Below are positions 1 through 10,369 of a DNA stretch of 64,000 nucleotides, one piece after another. The position numbers were made by a program, and so were the translations under genes. The notes below the pieces were generated by a model. The model was not told where the DNA came from. It saw nothing but the letters and a program-made list of their open reading frames with translations, and searched no databases. How positions within the stretch are numbered: the first letter of the stretch is position 1; each line of letters opens with the position of its first letter. The stretch comes from a virus: the IMG/VR virus record IMGVR_UViG_3300009161_000033, positions 28,037-92,036 of that record. One strand, given 5' to 3'.

Positions 1-2
1 AC

Positions 3-2252
3 CTATCACAAAGAAGGATTGATTCAGTTAAGAAATTTTTTAAAACGTTCAAAACTAAAGACGGTATTAGTATTGGTGACTTCATTGATAAAAAATTCTT
101 TATTAAGTCGGAACCTGGTAATGGTGAAAATATTGTAATACCAAAAGGTGAATTGGGTATTGGTTTTGAAGTTGATTGTACAATAGATATTTCAGGGGGA
201 ACTGCAAATATTACGGATAATAAATCTGCGGACGTTTACTCAGTAAATGCTATGGCTTGTAGACGTGTTAAATTTTCAGAAATTAAAGTTACAATTCCAC
301 CTATAGTTGAACCTGTTACTCCTGAAGTACCAAAAGAAATACAAACAATAAATGTTGATGTACCAAAACCAGCACCAACTGTTGAATATGTCCAAAAGTT
401 AAAAGAAGGTATTAGTAAAAAAATATTAAGAAATTTATTATCTGAGTGTGATTATTTTGAAGTTGTTAAGGAAGAAAATCCAATGGTTTATGACTCGTTT
501 AAAGAGAAAATCAGATACTTTAATCCTGCGTTCCACTCAACAACACCTGAAGGTTTAAATGCTCGTTTAACTTTCTTAAATCAATGTGTTAGACCTGGTG
601 AAACAATACCAGTAATTGGTACTGATGGTAAACCAAAATACAACGATGCGGTTAATACCTCATTCGGGGCACCACCTGTATTAATATTAAGATTAGGGGA
701 TTTTATTAATACTAAAATTATTCCTACGGCATTGTCATTCACTTACGACCCGTTAATGTTAGACCTAAACCCTGAAGGTATTGGTATTCAGCCAATGATT
801 GCGAGTGTTAGTATGTCCTTTAACATTATTGGTGGTATGGGATTAAAAGAACCTGTAGAACAATTACAAAACGCATTATCGTTTAACTATTACGCGAATA
901 CTGAGATATACGATGAAAGAGCGGTTTGGACTGAAGATACGTCAGCGTTAGATAAACAAGTTGTTGATGCGATTTTAGCGTCTCAAACACCTGCAACCAC
1001 TAAAGATGTTACTAATCCACCAACAAATAATGGAGGGACTACCATTGGTGAAATTATTACTAATATACCAATTGTTAGTGGACAAACGGGTGAAATCGGA
1101 TATCAAAAAATAATGGATAGCTTATTAACAGAGACTAAAAATTATTTTGAATTAGTCACAAATAAATTAGAGAGTATTAACTCAAGTTATAATTATGGTG
1201 TAGTTCAGATGTTAAATATCCAACGACAATTTACAGGCGGTACTATTAGCGGTCAAACATCACCACTTAATCTTGAATCTCCTGTGGATATATATGGTAA
1301 ACCTGTTTATACCGAGAATGGTACGGATTTAATCAAACTTCAATTTACAAATGCAATCAGTGACATTAACTCAAATACAAATCCTATTTTAGTTAAATTA
1401 TTACCACATCAATTTCCTGATAGTGTTCTTAGAGATGTTAGAACTAACATGATTCAATACCTTAACAGTATGGAGAGTACGTTCTCAAATGGTATTACAA
1501 CAACAATGCAAGAAGTTGTTACTTTTGAACAAACTTATGTACAAATTATTAGAAAATTAGATTTAATTGCGGATTTAACAGACGGTAAAATTTTGGATAC
1601 TAATTTACCAAGAGTTTATAATTTAAGTGCGACAACACAAGTTAGTTCATCAAGTAAAACCTCAACACCAGTACCCTCAACAACATATGAGGAATTTGGA
1701 TATGATTACTTAACTTTAAATAAAGCAACAACTAAATTCAATGACTTATTGGGAAGTGCTGATTACCAAGTGGCCTTTGGGACTAGCCCGTGGAATGGTG
1801 GTAATTTTAGAGTTTTAAATACTAACGTATTAAAAGACGAATACGATAAAACATTCTTTTTTATTATGGCTAGAATCCTTTCGGATAAAAATAAAAAAGA
1901 TGAATTTATTAATTACGTTATTAAAGGTACTTTAGTTAACGTGACAACACCTGTTAAATTAAAAAATAAATTTGAAAAAATTGTGGATGATTTATCTGAT
2001 GATTATAAAAAAGAATTAAAAGATGAAGAAAAAATGTTTGACAAATTAAAGAAAGAGAAAGTTTATAAAGATTTAACTAATGGTATTGAGGATACTATGT
2101 ACCCTAAAGGTAAGACAAGAAAATTTGAATATGATACAGTACCAAATCCTGCTACGGAGGCGGCTCAAAAAGAAAAAATCTTGAATTTATATAAATCAAT
2201 AAATGTTAATGATGTTGTAACAACCTATAAAGGTAAAATTAAATTTACATAA
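3..2252 (+). CDS. Baseplate/tail-tube initiator-like protein with N-terminal OmpA-like domain (5'-truncated by window)
   Basis: Frame is open from base 3 (LSQRRIDSVKKF..., OmpA-like LSxxR motif; later AMACRRVK), so the start lies upstream of the track's 153. Central FHSTTPEGLNARLTFL...GAPPVLILRLGDF..TKII..LSFTYD resembles tube/tube-initiator (gp48/gp54/CIS-tube-like) domains. Lies upstream of LysM and hub genes. Confidence 0.6.
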   Translation, partial: LSQRRIDSVKKFFKTFKTKDGISIGDFIDKKFFIKSEPGNGENIVIPKGELGIGFEVDCTIDISGGTANITDNKSADVYSVNAMACRRVKFSEIKVTIPPIVEPVTPEVPKEIQTINVDVPKPAPTVEYVQKLKEGISKKILRNLLSECDYFEVVKEENPMVYDSFKEKIRYFNPAFHSTTPEGLNARLTFLNQCVRPGETIPVIGTDGKPKYNDAVNTSFGAPPVLILRLGDFINTKIIPTALSFTYDPLMLDLNPEGIGIQPMIASVSMSFNIIGGMGLKEPVEQLQNALSFNYYANTEIYDERAVWTEDTSALDKQVVDAILASQTPATTKDVTNPPTNNGGTTIGEIITNIPIVSGQTGEIGYQKIMDSLLTETKNYFELVTNKLESINSSYNYGVVQMLNIQRQFTGGTISGQTSPLNLESPVDIYGKPVYTENGTDLIKLQFTNAISDINSNTNPILVKLLPHQFPDSVLRDVRTNMIQYLNSMESTFSNGITTTMQEVVTFEQTYVQIIRKLDLIADLTDGKILDTNLPRVYNLSATTQVSSSSKTSTPVPSTTYEEFGYDYLTLNKATTKFNDLLGSADYQVAFGTSPWNGGNFRVLNTNVLKDEYDKTFFFIMARILSDKNKKDEFINYVIKGTLVNVTTPVKLKNKFEKIVDDLSDDYKKELKDEEKMFDKLKKEKVYKDLTNGIEDTMYPKGKTRKFEYDTVPNPATEAAQKEKILNLYKSINVNDVVTTYKGKIKFT

Positions 2253-2254
2253 CA

Positions 2255-2578
2255 ATGGCAAAACAAAATTATAATAGATATAGTGACTTTATTCTTGATG
2301 GACAACAAACCATTGTTCCATATATTACTTTACCTACTAAATCTACAGATAAACGATATATTTATAAAGTTGGTCAATCTAGGATGGATAAGGTTTCTCA
2401 ACAATATTTCAGTTCCCCAACATTTGGGTGGTTGATTATGATGGCAAACCCAATATATGGTGGACAAGAATGGAATATTCCTGACGGTGCTATCTTGACA
2501 ATTCCATTTCCTTTAGTAGCTTCTTTACAGGACTATAAAAATCAATTAGATAACCATTTCTTCTATTATGGTAGGTAA
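2255..2578 (+). CDS. LysM-like baseplate protein (T4 gp53/P2 gpX-like)
   Basis: YIYKVGQSRMDKVSQQYFSSPTFGWLIMMANP...IPDGAILTIP matches the LysM/gp53 pattern; located between tube initiator and hub. Confidence 0.75.
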   Translation: MAKQNYNRYSDFILDGQQTIVPYITLPTKSTDKRYIYKVGQSRMDKVSQQYFSSPTFGWLIMMANPIYGGQEWNIPDGAILTIPFPLVASLQDYKNQLDNHFFYYGR

Positions 2579-5500
2579 TCAACCAGAAAATATATTAGTA
2601 GAGTTTGACTATAACAACATTACAGTAATTGACCCCAACAAAGTTGTGGACGAATTTGGTGTTGCTAAAGAAAGACACGTTAACCAAGAGGACTTGGTTA
2701 TGTACGCCAATTTGGAATGTAAAGTTATTCCAAGAACTAAACTCTCAGTTGGTACTGCGAACAATGATGCGATTCAGACAATCTCTGTTGCGTCTATGAA
2801 CTTCCTAAAACCTGGAGGTAAAACTTTTTTAGATAACAGTTATACAGATGAGATAACGGGTAAAGATTCTATTAAAGGTGAAGGAGTTAATCAACCAAAA
2901 CAAACATCAGTATCTAACCCTAAGAAAGATAATGATTTCTTTATTAGACAAACAATAAATTCAGGTGGTAAGCCAGGAGCAACCGATAACGGGTTATTGG
3001 GTATTACAAGTATCACTATTAAACAAAACACATCGTTCATGTCAACAATTACTGTTGAAATGGAAGACGTTAAAGGTCGTGCATTGTTTGAATCGGGTGA
3101 TAATTCACCATACGCAGCATTTTTTAATTTACCCTATCCTTTATTTTATTTAACGGTTAAGGGTTATTATGGTAAAGCGGTTAGGTTACCAATAATGTTA
3201 CAGACGTTCACTTCACGATATAACACAGGGTCAGGTAACTTCCATATTACTTTAACATTTTTAACTTACAAATATACAATCCTAAGTGAAGTTCCTATGG
3301 GATATTTGGTTGCTGCCCCGCACATGTATAAATCAAGAGTGAAGATTCAAACAACAAGTGGTAACGCAAGTCAATTCTCTAATGTTGATGATACAATCTA
3401 TGAAAGAGGATATCAGAAGATTAAAGAGATGTATAGTGAGTATAAAACTAAAGGATTAATCCCTGATGACTTCCCTGAGATTACCCTTGTCCAAATGCAG
3501 AACAGAATTGAAAATTTCGTAAAGAATATTTTAGATTCATTTACTAAACAAAACTTAGACCCCTTAAGTCATGTTGACGAATACCAAAAAGTTTTAATTG
3601 ATTATGGTAAGGATGTTTATTACGCCGCGGGTACATCATGGTTTGACAAATACATGGATAAAACTAATTATTTTGTTTTAAAAAATTCCACAGGTAATAA
3701 TAATGACCAACTTAAAATATATAGTTTTAAACCTGAGATTAAAACTTCAAAACAAAGAGAAGATGCTAAATCGGAATTAAAAAGTATTATTGAAAAAAAC
3801 AACAAACTTTTAAATGAGAATGAGACTGTTGGTAAAAATGGTAAATATAAAATCGATGGAAAAGAAACACCTTGTCAAATTGTGTGTGACATTAACTATG
3901 AAATTTTCCCTATTGAAATACAATCTACTGACGTTGATTTAAAAGAAACATTTAAACAAAAAAATAAAGATAAGGAACCTACTGATGTTGAGTTATTGGA
4001 ATTACAAGCTAATTTAGAAAAAAACAATATTTTTAACAGTGGCGAGATAGTAGAAAAAGATGGTTCAAAACAACCAATATATACATATTATATTTTTGAA
4101 GGTACTAAAAAGTTTACGGACAAATTAGACAAACTTTCAAAAGATTTAAAAACAAAACGAGAAGAGATTGAAGTTAAATTAACTGACGCACTATCAAAAC
4201 TACTACAAAGTAAAGATAGTGGTATAGGGTTTGTCCCAAACATTAGAAACGTATTGGCGGTTGTCTTTGCAAATGGAGAGGCGTTCTTACGAATGATGGA
4301 TGACGTTCACACATCGGCGTGGGAACAAAGAGATAACAAATATAGAAAAGAAGTTATATTTGATAAACAAATTGCGGGAGCGTCTGCCGACAATATAACT
4401 TCAGGGGATAATAGTAAACAACCTGTATATCCATGGCCACAATTAATTGTTGAGACTGCGGGTGAGGATGGACATGAGAAATATGAAATAACTTATCCTG
4501 GTGACCCAAAGATTATTAATAGAAGTAAGGGTTATTTATTTAATGTGTGGCCTGAAATTGAGTTTGTTGAAGAATTTATTAAAGGACTTACGGAAAGAAC
4601 ATTACCTCCTGCGGACCCTACCGCAACATCAAATGAATTAGTTCAAAGTGAAAGAATCTCTATTGATGCAATTGAATTCCCAATAGGAAATTGGGTATAC
4701 GGTAATAAAGAAGAAGTTAAATATTTCTTTGAAATATACGAAAGAGTTATTTTAAATTCTTATTATTCAAGATTCTCAAGAAGTAATGGGTTTGTTAGTG
4801 ATTCAGATAAAATCAGTAATTTAATTGCCGAAGCGGAAAAAAGTAATATTGTTAAAAGTCTATCTAACGATAATCCATTCATCATCCAAAAGTTAAAACA
4901 ATATGGGTTTAATGCAAGTAATTTTGCAACTATTCTAAGACAGTTTTCAAACGGAGGGTTAGGTGAAAGTTGGCAGAATTATATTAGAGGTATTTTTAAT
5001 ACTCCATATATTAAAAATTTAGTTAATAATAGTAGTTTTGAATTTATAAATTACAATGTTATTAATAGTGCTTCAGCACAACCATTGGTTTCATTACCAA
5101 ATGAATCTGGTATGACGGAATATATTTCAGGGTCAACAACATCTAATAAATTTGATTTAGCGGATACCTTCCCGTTTACTAATAAAAATTGGGATAGTAA
5201 GTATTTGGCTAACGGGACAACAATCTTAGATGCTAATGGTTCTCTTGACACTAGAAAAACTTTAAAGTATGACCAAAACATTAAATCTATAACGAGTAAT
5301 GTTGGAAGTAATACTAATGAAGTTAGACCGATAACTAACTTTGTTTATTTGTCAAGTCAAGTTCCAAATGTAAGTAGTTCAACAAGTCTAAAAGAATTCT
5401 ATAGTAGTAGGACTTTTGAATCTCAGTTAATTACTGAAGGTAACGTTAGATATTATGATTATAGTGGTTTGGTAAGTAACGACCAAACAACATCTATATT

Positions 5501-8500
5501 GAACACCCCTTATTTTGTGAATTCAATCCAAGAAGGAGTTAAGAATTTTAGAAATAATGATGAGTATCCATTTGCATCATCTGCCTACTTGTTCATTAAC
5601 AGTTTACCATTAGGGACTTTAAGAGAAAAGTATAAAACTTATAGTAATGGTGCAACAACCGATTTGGATTATATTTTTGCAACCCTTAAAAAATTTGGTG
5701 CTATTCATAAAATACCATACGCTTGGATTTTAAAAATTGGTTCTGTTTGGTATCGTTATAAAAAATATATTGAAGAGGGTGTTGATATCTTGGATAAATC
5801 ATGGTCGGGATTTAGTTATACTACTAACTTTGACCCTGTTACAAGTGCGAACACTCGTAACTATGGTTTAATCATAAATGGAGCCCCGATTGATATTGTA
5901 TTACAAAAAGATACTGCAATAGGGTCTGAATTATCTACTCTAATCAATGTTGGTTTTTACCCAAAGTTAATAAACGACTTTAATGTATTCTACCAAGGGT
6001 ATGAAGTATTTTCAGGATATACTGATACATTAATACAATCAGGGATAACCTCAGGAGTATCTATCAATTATGTTGATGAAGCGATTATTAATTTATCCGA
6101 AGGATTTGACCCTGCGGTTCCTCTTAGAGATTTGAGAGTTATTCCTTGGTCAGTAACCGTTGATACTGTTGATGGTAATTATACGTATATTATGCCATCA
6201 GAGGGTTCTGTTTTAAATCAAACGTTAAATGAATGTTTTGAAAACGGGAAACTTAAATTTGAAGTTAATTCTAATCAAGCAATGTACGATGGTTCTGTCA
6301 GATTATTTTGGGGATTACCTAACTATGGTTATTTTGATAACTCAAAACTTAGTAAACCGTCACCATTTGTGTACATGAAACAAATTTTCTCAGGTCAAAG
6401 CAAACAGGAAAACTTCTCAATTAACGGGACCAATAGTGAATATTCACAAATTAGTGAAATGTTGTCTGTTTTTGAAAAATCTGTATTAGATGAATTTGAA
6501 ACCGTCTTTTTAAATTTCTCAAAATCGGTTTACGATTATTCACCTGATACTATAACAAATAGTTCATCACAAAATGAGGCGATTGCAAGTGCGTTAGGGG
6601 TTAGCCCAACTGATATTAATACTAGTGGAGATACTAATGGTGTTGTTACAGATACTGAAAAGACTTTTAAAAACTTCCAAATGTTATTTAGAAGTTTAAT
6701 GAAGACTCCAAAAGTAACAGGTGAAACAGGGACCGATATTGTAAATAAAATACAAAACGCTCAAGTAACAAATGTTACAAATGTTCTAAAACAATTCTTA
6801 AATTACGATGTTGTATTTAAATACGGTAACCCTTCATTTTACGATAAGAAATTGTTTTATACTTTCTCATCATTACCATTAACAGAACCATATACGTGGG
6901 GAAGTTATAATTCATTCACACCTGGTTCAGTCCCTACAAATGGTGGAGGTGTTACATTAACAACATCTAAAAGTAATTATCCTAATGAATGGATTGCTTT
7001 ACAAACATATGTTGGTTTTTCAGAAATACCTGAATTAGTTTACGATAATAATGGGTCTTATATTACTGACTTCTTCGTTGATTTAGATGTTGCATTTACA
7101 GTTGATAATATTAAATTATTTGCACCAATCGTTAAGATTTATGCAACTCAAAAATTAAATCAGTTCCAAGCAAACCCAATACCTGCTCCTGAACCACCAA
7201 TTTCATCACCAAGTCAAGTTGTCTCAGTTACTAAATTATTAAGTGGGGATACGGTTACGGTTAGAAAAGAAGCATTAAAAAATGTTGCGTATGTTTCGGA
7301 TAGTTCAGGTCTTATTTTATTTGAAAGTTTACCTGCAAGTTTTCCACCAACTACAGGTTATACTCAATCATTAATTGATGAAGCGATTATCATTGTATAT
7401 GGCTCATTAGCAGTAAACCCAACGGACAAACAATTTATTGTAAGTACAGTTTTCACACCACAACCACAATACCCACAAATACCTGCACCAAATACAAAAC
7501 AAGGACAAAGTGCTTTTTATCAAGCGATGACTAACTACCTATTAGATATTAATAATTTCCAAGCTAAAATAATTAATAATTTAATACCTAAATTACAATT
7601 GGCGTTACCTGACACAAATACAGTTGCGGACTCTCAAGTTCAGTCTGAATTACAAGGTGAACAATCTAAAGTTGAGTTGTGGGAAACATTCAAAGCGTTA
7701 AATGATAAATGGATATCAGGTAATGACTTTAAAACAAAAACATTATTTGAAGACATTTTATTATTGGATAGGGCAAGTAGAAATGTTGGGGATAAAATTT
7801 TAGTTGATATCTACAAATTAAAAGATAGATTACTTAATATACCTGTTAAGGCATCAATGTTATCTTTTGTTCAAAGTATTTTAATTGAGAACCATTTTGT
7901 GGTAATGAATATCCCATCGTATGTTAATTTCTATAATGTACAAGAGGCGGTTAAAAACCCAAAACCAAGAATTGAAGGAACTACCGAATTTGCAAACACT
8001 ATGTTTGGAACACACTTAAATGTGGATTATAGAGATTCTTCTTCTAAAATGGTTTGTTTCTACGGTGGTAAACCAAGTGAACAATTAGATTTGAAAAACA
8101 ATGTTGATTATAGATATAGAAATGATGCTTTTGATTTACGTAGAGCAAGTGACAACCCATTAATTGAAAACCAAGTTGGTAAAACAGATTGGGACAAATC
8201 AAATAAAGTTGTTGGGTTTAATGTTGATATTGGAGTTCAAAACCAACAAATATTTAAAAGTTTTTCTGTTGACCAAAATGCGGGTAAAGCGACTGCGGAA
8301 TCTTTAGAAGTGATAAATCAAATGGCCAACCAAGCGGGAGGTAGAGGAGGTACAACTCAAAATACTTCATTATATAACCTTTATAAAAATAGAAGTTATG
8401 GTTGTCAGATAACCATGTTAGGTAACGCAATGATACAACCAACCATGTACTTTAACCTAAGACACGTTCCGATGTTTAGTGGACCATACATGATTCTTTC

Positions 8501-9302
8501 TGTTGACCATAGTATAACACCTGGTAATTTTGAAACATATATTTCAGGTATTAGACAACCTATTGCTTCATTACCTAAGATTGATAACTATATCCAATCA
8601 CTTAGAACTAATTTACTAAAATCAATTGTTGAAAAAAATAAAGAAGTTAAAGCACAAACAACTAAAGACTCAAAAGGAAATGTTGTTTCACAACAAAATA
8701 AAGTAACATCAAATGCTAACGGAGGAAAAGAAGTAACTCAAGTCCAATCATGTGTTCCGTCAAATTCATACAATAGATTTGTTAATATTACACCAACAAG
8801 TACTAAAGCAACGTTTAAAGAGGCTTTAAGTACGATAAAAAATCAAATAATTGCATCAGGAGTTTCTGATGACGGTAAATTGAAATATTGTGTATTTGCC
8901 GCGTTGTACTTAGAGTCTAGTACTACAACAGGTTTAGAATCTTACGAAAATAATTTCGCGGGTATTGATTTATCACAATCATGGGGAACCTCATCAAGAT
9001 ACTTTAGTGGTAATGAACAATTCTTCTGTTTAAAATCAGATACAACTACACTACCTTATGCAGTATTTGACGATTTATCAAATAATGTTAGATTGTTAAT
9101 TGAAAGATGGAAAGACAGGATGGGTAATGTTCCTAATAATAGTGCAAAAGAAATTACTAAGTTTTGGATACTTAATTTTGGAGCGAATCAAAATCAATCA
9201 AACGTCTATACATCAATGGACCCAACAAAACTTTCTAACATTGAGGCTAAAGTACAAAAATCAATTGACAACGTAAATTCGTTAGAATTAATAACCCCTT
9301 AA
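2568..9302 (+). CDS. Giant baseplate hub protein (gp27/GPD-like) with C-terminal glucosaminidase/muramidase-like domain
   Basis: N-term LGITSITIKQ..TITVEMEDVKG and late RSYGCQITMLGNAMIQP..F..PMFSGPYMILSVDHSITPGNFET are typical hub motifs; C-term AALYLES...NNFAGI...YAVFDDL resembles GH73/FlgJ. Confidence 0.65.
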   Translation: MVGNQPENILVEFDYNNITVIDPNKVVDEFGVAKERHVNQEDLVMYANLECKVIPRTKLSVGTANNDAIQTISVASMNFLKPGGKTFLDNSYTDEITGKDSIKGEGVNQPKQTSVSNPKKDNDFFIRQTINSGGKPGATDNGLLGITSITIKQNTSFMSTITVEMEDVKGRALFESGDNSPYAAFFNLPYPLFYLTVKGYYGKAVRLPIMLQTFTSRYNTGSGNFHITLTFLTYKYTILSEVPMGYLVAAPHMYKSRVKIQTTSGNASQFSNVDDTIYERGYQKIKEMYSEYKTKGLIPDDFPEITLVQMQNRIENFVKNILDSFTKQNLDPLSHVDEYQKVLIDYGKDVYYAAGTSWFDKYMDKTNYFVLKNSTGNNNDQLKIYSFKPEIKTSKQREDAKSELKSIIEKNNKLLNENETVGKNGKYKIDGKETPCQIVCDINYEIFPIEIQSTDVDLKETFKQKNKDKEPTDVELLELQANLEKNNIFNSGEIVEKDGSKQPIYTYYIFEGTKKFTDKLDKLSKDLKTKREEIEVKLTDALSKLLQSKDSGIGFVPNIRNVLAVVFANGEAFLRMMDDVHTSAWEQRDNKYRKEVIFDKQIAGASADNITSGDNSKQPVYPWPQLIVETAGEDGHEKYEITYPGDPKIINRSKGYLFNVWPEIEFVEEFIKGLTERTLPPADPTATSNELVQSERISIDAIEFPIGNWVYGNKEEVKYFFEIYERVILNSYYSRFSRSNGFVSDSDKISNLIAEAEKSNIVKSLSNDNPFIIQKLKQYGFNASNFATILRQFSNGGLGESWQNYIRGIFNTPYIKNLVNNSSFEFINYNVINSASAQPLVSLPNESGMTEYISGSTTSNKFDLADTFPFTNKNWDSKYLANGTTILDANGSLDTRKTLKYDQNIKSITSNVGSNTNEVRPITNFVYLSSQVPNVSSSTSLKEFYSSRTFESQLITEGNVRYYDYSGLVSNDQTTSILNTPYFVNSIQEGVKNFRNNDEYPFASSAYLFINSLPLGTLREKYKTYSNGATTDLDYIFATLKKFGAIHKIPYAWILKIGSVWYRYKKYIEEGVDILDKSWSGFSYTTNFDPVTSANTRNYGLIINGAPIDIVLQKDTAIGSELSTLINVGFYPKLINDFNVFYQGYEVFSGYTDTLIQSGITSGVSINYVDEAIINLSEGFDPAVPLRDLRVIPWSVTVDTVDGNYTYIMPSEGSVLNQTLNECFENGKLKFEVNSNQAMYDGSVRLFWGLPNYGYFDNSKLSKPSPFVYMKQIFSGQSKQENFSINGTNSEYSQISEMLSVFEKSVLDEFETVFLNFSKSVYDYSPDTITNSSSQNEAIASALGVSPTDINTSGDTNGVVTDTEKTFKNFQMLFRSLMKTPKVTGETGTDIVNKIQNAQVTNVTNVLKQFLNYDVVFKYGNPSFYDKKLFYTFSSLPLTEPYTWGSYNSFTPGSVPTNGGGVTLTTSKSNYPNEWIALQTYVGFSEIPELVYDNNGSYITDFFVDLDVAFTVDNIKLFAPIVKIYATQKLNQFQANPIPAPEPPISSPSQVVSVTKLLSGDTVTVRKEALKNVAYVSDSSGLILFESLPASFPPTTGYTQSLIDEAIIIVYGSLAVNPTDKQFIVSTVFTPQPQYPQIPAPNTKQGQSAFYQAMTNYLLDINNFQAKIINNLIPKLQLALPDTNTVADSQVQSELQGEQSKVELWETFKALNDKWISGNDFKTKTLFEDILLLDRASRNVGDKILVDIYKLKDRLLNIPVKASMLSFVQSILIENHFVVMNIPSYVNFYNVQEAVKNPKPRIEGTTEFANTMFGTHLNVDYRDSSSKMVCFYGGKPSEQLDLKNNVDYRYRNDAFDLRRASDNPLIENQVGKTDWDKSNKVVGFNVDIGVQNQQIFKSFSVDQNAGKATAESLEVINQMANQAGGRGGTTQNTSLYNLYKNRSYGCQITMLGNAMIQPTMYFNLRHVPMFSGPYMILSVDHSITPGNFETYISGIRQPIASLPKIDNYIQSLRTNLLKSIVEKNKEVKAQTTKDSKGNVVSQQNKVTSNANGGKEVTQVQSCVPSNSYNRFVNITPTSTKATFKEALSTIKNQIIASGVSDDGKLKYCVFAALYLESSTTTGLESYENNFAGIDLSQSWGTSSRYFSGNEQFFCLKSDTTTLPYAVFDDLSNNVRLLIERWKDRMGNVPNNSAKEITKFWILNFGANQNQSNVYTSMDPTKLSNIEAKVQKSIDNVNSLELITP

Positions 9303-9340
9303 TAGTTATTTGGGTTAAGAAATTTTTAATAGAACAATGA

Positions 9341-9347
9341 TATTTAT
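9341..9347 (+). promoter_or_regulatory. Putative late promoter motif TATTTAT
   Basis: Same motif recurs in intergenic gaps before structural genes; 15 nt before ATG 9363. Confidence 0.6.
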
Positions 9348-9362
9348 ATAAAAAGAGAAATT

Positions 9363-9587
9363 ATGAACACAAAATTAATTTTAGATAATTACTTAGGTAA
9401 GAGTACTAGAACCACTGAGAAAGACATGGGTAATGGTAATAAACAAGTATGTGACTTAGATACAGGTGATTGTTATACAATCAGAATGAAAGACGGTCTT
9501 ATTGAAAGAGTGGATAATACGATGTCCCAAAATAAAAAAATCCAAGTTGAAACAACTACTGGAGTAAAACAATTATTAAATGGATAA
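9363..9587 (+). CDS. Hypothetical protein (74 aa)
   Basis: Clean ORF with A-rich leader, overlapping the next gene; VCDLDTGDCYTI motif. Confidence 0.65.
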   Translation: MNTKLILDNYLGKSTRTTEKDMGNGNKQVCDLDTGDCYTIRMKDGLIERVDNTMSQNKKIQVETTTGVKQLLNG

Positions 9588-10275
9588 GAAAATGAAAGTA
9601 GATGTAAGAATCTTAAACGAAGTTATGAGATACAAAAGTATTAATAATTATATCTCAGAACAAGATGCCACTTTACCTCCACCACCTGATGCGGGAGCGT
9701 TACCACCACCTGATGCGGGAGCTTTACCACCACCACCTGATGCGGGAGCGGTTCCACCTCCAGCACCTGATGCTACGGGAGCTGAAACACCACCTGAAAC
9801 AATTGATGTTGCGAATGACCCTGATGTAGAAAAAGTTGGTGAAGAAGACAAAGGAAAAGGAGGAACTCAAGAAATTGAAATCACTGATTTGGTTAAATCT
9901 CAAAAAAATGTTGAGAAGAAACAAGAAGAATATTTTGATAACTTGTTCAAACATTTGGACGACTTAGAAAATAAATTATCTACTATGGATACTATAGTTA
10001 ACCAACTTAACAGTTTGGAAGCTAAAGTTGAAAAAATGAGACCAAAAACACCTGAAGAAAAATTAGAATTAAGAAGTTTAGATTCAGGACCTTATAATCA
10101 AAAATTGAGTGATTTTTTTGAAGATAAGCAAGAAGACATGGAAAAGTCAGGAAAAAATGAATATATTTTAACTCAAGACGATGTTGAAAGTTATTCTCCT
10201 GGAGATATCAAAAAAAGTTTCAGAAATTTTGGGACTGATGACTCAGAACTTGACTCATTCCAAACAATTAGGTAA
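9580..10275 (+). CDS. Acidic coiled-coil protein with PPPDAGAL repeats (possible head/scaffold-associated)
   Basis: N-term ILNE..ISEQ, Pro-rich repeats, coiled-coil C-half. Confidence 0.6.
   Translation: MDKKMKVDVRILNEVMRYKSINNYISEQDATLPPPPDAGALPPPDAGALPPPPDAGAVPPPAPDATGAETPPETIDVANDPDVEKVGEEDKGKGGTQEIEITDLVKSQKNVEKKQEEYFDNLFKHLDDLENKLSTMDTIVNQLNSLEAKVEKMRPKTPEEKLELRSLDSGPYNQKLSDFFEDKQEDMEKSGKNEYILTQDDVESYSPGDIKKSFRNFGTDDSELDSFQTIR
9676..9783 (+). repeat. Coding tandem repeat CCACCTGATGCGGGAGC (PPPDAGA x3 plus one degenerate copy)
   Basis: Direct repeats visible in DNA and protein. Confidence 0.85.
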
Positions 10276-10278
10276 AAG

Positions 10279-10302
10279 AACGGTCCTAATGGACCGTTTT
10301 TT
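10279..10302 (+). terminator. Rho-independent terminator
   Basis: AACGGTCC-TAAT-GGACCGTT followed by a T-run, right after stop 10275. Confidence 0.85.
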
Positions 10303-10315
10303 AACTTAAAAATAT

Positions 10316-10344
10316 TTGACAAAACAAAGGCTGACACTTATACT
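10316..10344 (+). promoter_or_regulatory. Sigma70-type promoter TTGACA-N17-TATACT for the ssb/recA operon
   Basis: TTGACA 10316-10321, 17-nt spacer, TATACT 10339-10344. Confidence 0.8.
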
Positions 10345-10369
10345 TAGTAAACAATTAAAACATAAATAA

